Shown in pieces: positions 60,828-64,000 of a stretch of DNA of 64,000 nucleotides. Made by a program: the position numbers and the translations under genes. The stretch comes from an uncultured bacterium (GTDB lineage Bacteria > Armatimonadota > Abditibacteriia > Abditibacteriales > Abditibacteriaceae): the NCBI GenBank assembly GCA_963843795.1, contig CAWJLW010000006.1, positions 868,001-932,000 of the forward strand. The letters run 5' to 3'. Below the pieces are notes generated by a model. It was not told where the DNA came from, ran no database searches, and saw nothing but the letters and a program-made list of their open reading frames with translations. The first letter of the stretch is position 1. Every line of letters starts with the position of its first letter.

Positions 60828-62633
60828 TCAACGCGAGCGACCGCGCTCGCACGCCAGCAGTGCAATAATCAACGCGCCGATGGCATTGGCGATCATCCAC
60901 GGCAGCGCGATGTTACCGAATAATGACGGTGTGAATGGCGATAAGCCATCGACGGCTAGTGCCAGAATTAAGCACAGCGCCATGCCTGCCGAAAACGCGC
61001 CTACAACTTGACTATCGTGACCTGTTTCCCATTCCCAGAAGGCGACGAACGGGATTAGCACCGAAAAGCTGGCCAAATTCCACAACGAATTGTAGCCAAC
61101 TACATCTGCCGCGTAATCGGGCAGCAGCGCGCCACTGGCGAAGGCTAAGGCCAGACGAGCGCGCGATTTGCTGTCGCCGCGCGTGGCCAGAAAAACCAAA
61201 ATCGCTAGAAGGAAAACGCCGAAATTTTTGAAGTGCGCGTTGCGATTGAAACGACTGGCCATTGCAGTCGCGTTGCCCGCGTTTAAAATGCCGGTTCCAA
61301 ACTTTAATTTTTCGCCTGCGGGAATCGCCGAACGCTGCATTATATCGCGCACGCGCGCCGCATCATAAATACCCTGTGCCATCACCAAAGCGGCGACACC
61401 GGCGACGTGCGGTGAGGCCATCGAAGTGCCCTGAAAATGATAATAATCGCCGCCGCCCTCGTCGGGCGCTTCGCGAGCAATGGTATTTTGCAAGATGCCA
61501 GCGCTTGGTGTTTCGCTCATATCGCCGCCCGGCGCGGCTAAAGCCACCTGCGGTCCGTAAGACGAATAGAATGCCATTTCACGGCTTGGCCCGACCGAAG
61601 AAACCGCCATGCATTGCGCGAACGCCGCCGGATAACCGACCGGCTCGCCAAAGCCATTGCCCGCCGCGCACACAATGAGAACGCCCTTGTTTTTGGCGTA
61701 ACGCACGGCGCTGTGAATTACCGCACTGGGAACCATCGAACCCAGGCTCATATTGATGATATTGGCGTCGTTGTCCGCCGCGAAACGAATCGCGTCGGCG
61801 ATGTCGGCGCTCGTGCCAGAACCGCTCGCGCTCAGCACTTTCAGCGGCATAATAGTGGCTTCATAAGCCAGACCCGCTACGCCTTCATTGTTATTAGTGG
61901 CTTCAGCAATCGTGCCCGCGACGTGCGTGCCGTGCCCGTTATCGTCATACGGGTCGTAATTGTTGGCCACGAAATTATAGCCCGGCACGCGCGCGGTTTC
62001 GGCGAAATCGCGACACGCAGCGCGTTTGCCCGATGGCTCGATTGAAACGCCGGTATCAATTACCGCGACAATCACACCTTTGCCATGCGAACGTTTCCAT
62101 GCGGCTTCGGCGTCGACCATGCGAAAATTCCACTGCTCGTTGTAACGCGGATCGTTGGGAATCCAACTGACACCGCGCCGCGTTTGCGGAACAATAGACG
62201 ACTGCGAAACCGAATTTTCAGACGATTCGGGCGTGTTGATTTCCGGTGTCGTGATGCGAAAATCGGCTTCTGCCGATTGCACGCGCGCATCCTGAGCGAG
62301 CTTTTTCAGAATCGCGTCGCGGTCGGCGCCGGCGGGCAAAGTCGAGCGATACAATTGATTGGCTTTGGATTGCGGCGAGTTAAATTGTAAGTTCAGACCG
62401 AATTGCGCGTTCAATTGCTGCACATCGTCGGGCGTTGCGTCGTCACGCAGATCAACGATGATGTCGCGTGAAGCCAACATCGGTGCGTCGGTGGGCACAC
62501 TGGCGGTGCGCGGGGTAGAAATATCGGCGTCGCGCTGGCGCAAAATATTCCAGATCGGAATCGCGGTCGCGCCGATGATTGCCAAAAAAGCGATGATTAA
62601 AAAGGTGCGCGTGCGTTGCTGAGAACGGTACAT
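60828..62633 (-). CDS. Membrane-anchored subtilisin-like serine protease (S8) with C-terminal TM helices
   Basis: VAVIDTG, HGTHVAG, AAGN, GTSMASPHVAG. GGAGG RBS before ATG 62633. Confidence 0.92.
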   Translation of the reverse strand: MYRSQQRTRTFLIIAFLAIIGATAIPIWNILRQRDADISTPRTASVPTDAPMLASRDIIVDLRDDATPDDVQQLNAQFGLNLQFNSPQSKANQLYRSTLPAGADRDAILKKLAQDARVQSAEADFRITTPEINTPESSENSVSQSSIVPQTRRGVSWIPNDPRYNEQWNFRMVDAEAAWKRSHGKGVIVAVIDTGVSIEPSGKRAACRDFAETARVPGYNFVANNYDPYDDNGHGTHVAGTIAEATNNNEGVAGLAYEATIMPLKVLSASGSGTSADIADAIRFAADNDANIINMSLGSMVPSAVIHSAVRYAKNKGVLIVCAAGNGFGEPVGYPAAFAQCMAVSSVGPSREMAFYSSYGPQVALAAPGGDMSETPSAGILQNTIAREAPDEGGGDYYHFQGTSMASPHVAGVAALVMAQGIYDAARVRDIMQRSAIPAGEKLKFGTGILNAGNATAMASRFNRNAHFKNFGVFLLAILVFLATRGDSKSRARLALAFASGALLPDYAADVVGYNSLWNLASFSVLIPFVAFWEWETGHDSQVVGAFSAGMALCLILALAVDGLSPFTPSLFGNIALPWMIANAIGALIIALLACERGRSR

Positions 62634-62668
62634 AGTTCCTCCACTTCTGCCTGCAAGTACTTGCCAGT

Positions 62669-62863
62669 CTATTTTTCGCCGCGCAATTCGGGATGGCGCG
62701 ACAAAATATATTCGTAGCGGTCTTGCGTTGGCCCGCCGCGCTCGTCGAAACACGGATTGCCGCCCGCGTAGTGCGTGCCTTTGGCATCGCCAAACGGATT
62801 CAAGTCGCGCGTTTTGATCCAATTATCAATGCGCTTTTTGGTTTCTTCAGAAATCATACTCAC
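62669..62863 (-). CDS. Small hypothetical protein
   Basis: 64 aa, LNPFGD.KGT.YAGGNP.FDE...DRYEYI. RBS-like GAGGTG upstream and a palindrome copy right after the stop. Confidence 0.6.
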   Translation of the reverse strand: MSMISEETKKRIDNWIKTRDLNPFGDAKGTHYAGGNPCFDERGGPTQDRYEYILSRHPELRGEK

Positions 62864-63148
62864 CTCGACCGATATTTTTCAGAAGTTACTTCACTGATAT
62901 TATTGTAACGCTTTTCGGCCCCTCCTCATGAAAATAGTGCTGCAAGTACTTGCACGTCATCTTATGTGGCCAAATCTGTGTAATATATTAAACTGTCGGA
63001 GGTGAAACAATGCGACAAACTTTTGAAGAAGTGAGCGATGTGTTATTTTTCTACAAAGAAAAAGTGCGCCGTTTCTGGACACGCAGTGTGCTGCGACGCG
63101 GTGCGCTGAACAAAGCGAGCTATTGAAAATTGTTATTAATGACCAATC

Positions 63149-63194
63149 AAAACAAAAAAGGCTCCGCAAGTACTTGCGGAGCCTTTTTTGTTTT
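63149..63194. terminator. 46-bp perfect palindrome at the end of the fucosidase gene
   Basis: AAAACAAAAAAGGCTCCGCAAGT|ACTTGCGGAGCCTTTTTTGTTTT, overlapping the TAA stop. Confidence 0.85.
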
Positions 63195-64000
63195 ATTGCA
63201 CCGGTTGAATTTTCAGGGCGCGCAGATTGATGGCGTTCCAGTTCGCGCCAGGCTTCAATTGCAGAGTCATTTTTCCGGGCGCGGCGATTTCAATCGTGCC
63301 GAGTGGCATTGATTGAAATTTTTCGTAATCGCCCGTTGCTGCGAGGGCTGAGCGAACGGTTTTGCCGCCGATAATCATATCGAGGTTTGTTGCTGCGGGA
63401 GCGGCGATTTCGGAAGTCACCAGATATTTGCCCGCGCGCACGGCTTGAAAAGTCCACTCGACGAAATCGTTTTTGTCCAACCAAAAACCGAAATTATCTT
63501 TGCCTTCAGCTTTGCGTTCGATGTTGACTGCGCCATGTAAGGTGGCGTCCATCGGTGCGAGCGCCAAACTGCCATCGGCGTTTTGCATGAGGGGCATTTC
63601 TTCGACGACCGGTGCGCCCGCGATTTCCAACAAGATGGTTGAACTCAGGGCATCGGGCGCGACTTTCGGTACGCTAATCGCCACACCATTTGCTCCGTGC
63701 AGTGCGTTCAAGCGTTTTTTGCTGCTAAGCATACGCGCGCCCAAGATCTGGTTTTTCAAGCCCGGCACTACCAGCTCGCCGTTAGCGGGCCAATTCCAAA
63801 CGTGCAGAAATAACTTGGTGTTTTTGCCATCGCGCTTTTGCGTGGCGCGCCCCCAACTGAGCTTTTTGAACGGGCTGGCCTGCGTGTCGTAAATCGCGGT
63901 GCTATTGGTTTTCATCCACGCGCCGATTTGCTGCAAACGTTCGACGCTGGGATTGGGAATTAAGCCTTGCGCCGTCGGGCCGACGTTCAACAAGTAGTTG
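63193..64000 (-). CDS. Alpha-L-fucosidase (GH29), C-terminal part running off the window edge
   Basis: NYLLNVGPTAQGLIP...RLQQIGAWMKTNSTAIYDT followed by beta-sandwich domains. Confidence 0.85.
   Translation of the reverse strand, partial: NYLLNVGPTAQGLIPNPSVERLQQIGAWMKTNSTAIYDTQASPFKKLSWGRATQKRDGKNTKLFLHVWNWPANGELVVPGLKNQILGARMLSSKKRLNALHGANGVAISVPKVAPDALSSTILLEIAGAPVVEEMPLMQNADGSLALAPMDATLHGAVNIERKAEGKDNFGFWLDKNDFVEWTFQAVRAGKYLVTSEIAAPAATNLDMIIGGKTVRSALAATGDYEKFQSMPLGTIEIAAPGKMTLQLKPGANWNAINLRALKIQPVQ

Larger units (their letters stand above)
216..63177. repeat. Dispersed highly iterated palindrome GCAAGTACTTGC (44 perfect copies by manual count)
   Basis: 12-mer starts at 216, 1683, 3422, 3800, 4090, 8790, 10496, 12019, 12538, 14140, 15487, 17410, 17449, 18408, 21413, 22309, 22430, 24449, 26825, 27554, 27884, 29108, 31277, 31969, 34049, 36611, 38357, 39239, 41150, 42697, 47490, 48508, 49783, 49801, 51521, 53183, 53210, 55967, 56477, 57550, 60790, 62653, 62942, 63166. 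Near-copies at about 5256, 13473, 16384, 26216, 33883, 33904, 40106, 43425, 43438, 45204, 48495, 54297. Confidence 0.98.

Noticed and set aside
216..63177. Palindrome copies as a CRISPR array
   Set aside because: The shared unit is only 12-16 bp, irregularly dispersed and often inside genes. There are no regular spacers and no cas genes.
1668..63194. Long palindromes as MITE/IS ends or classical REP elements
   Set aside because: Arms are not shared between loci, and I saw no target-site duplications, transposase or RAYT gene in the window. A REP-like origin cannot be fully excluded without the rest of the genome.
1..64000. Frequent GCGCGC runs as a second iterated motif
   Set aside because: Plausibly explained by Ala/Arg codon usage (GCG, CGC). 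Enrichment cannot be judged without computation.

Overview
Bacterial chromosomal window of about 55 housekeeping and accessory genes. The prepilin-type/H-X9-DG protein next to a LacI regulator and the overall gene mix suggest an Abditibacteriota/Armatimonadota-like organism (inference only). Recognisable genes include oppA/B/C-type transporter subunits, a hybrid histidine kinase, rpiB, murJ, fumC, a larA-family gene, a bioU-bioF-bioD biotin cluster with fabG- and fabF-like genes, moaB/mog, mutL, fabI, surE, xylB, two SPFH genes, an S8 protease and several glycoside hydrolases. I saw no rRNA, tRNA, transposase, integrase or CRISPR array. The dominant unexplained signal is the 12-bp palindrome GCAAGTACTTGC. 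I counted 44 perfect copies by hand (about one per 1.5 kb, against about 0.004 expected by chance) plus about ten near-copies. About 31 are intergenic, mostly just after stop codons, and often form the centre of locus-specific perfect palindromes up to 56 bp with A/T tails. Thirteen lie inside genes, mostly encoding QVLA. The pattern resembles cyanobacterial HIP1 and Neisseria/Pasteurellaceae uptake sequences, but I do not recognise this sequence. Three genes carry single-base frameshifts that may be sequencing errors. Counts and start codons were read by eye.
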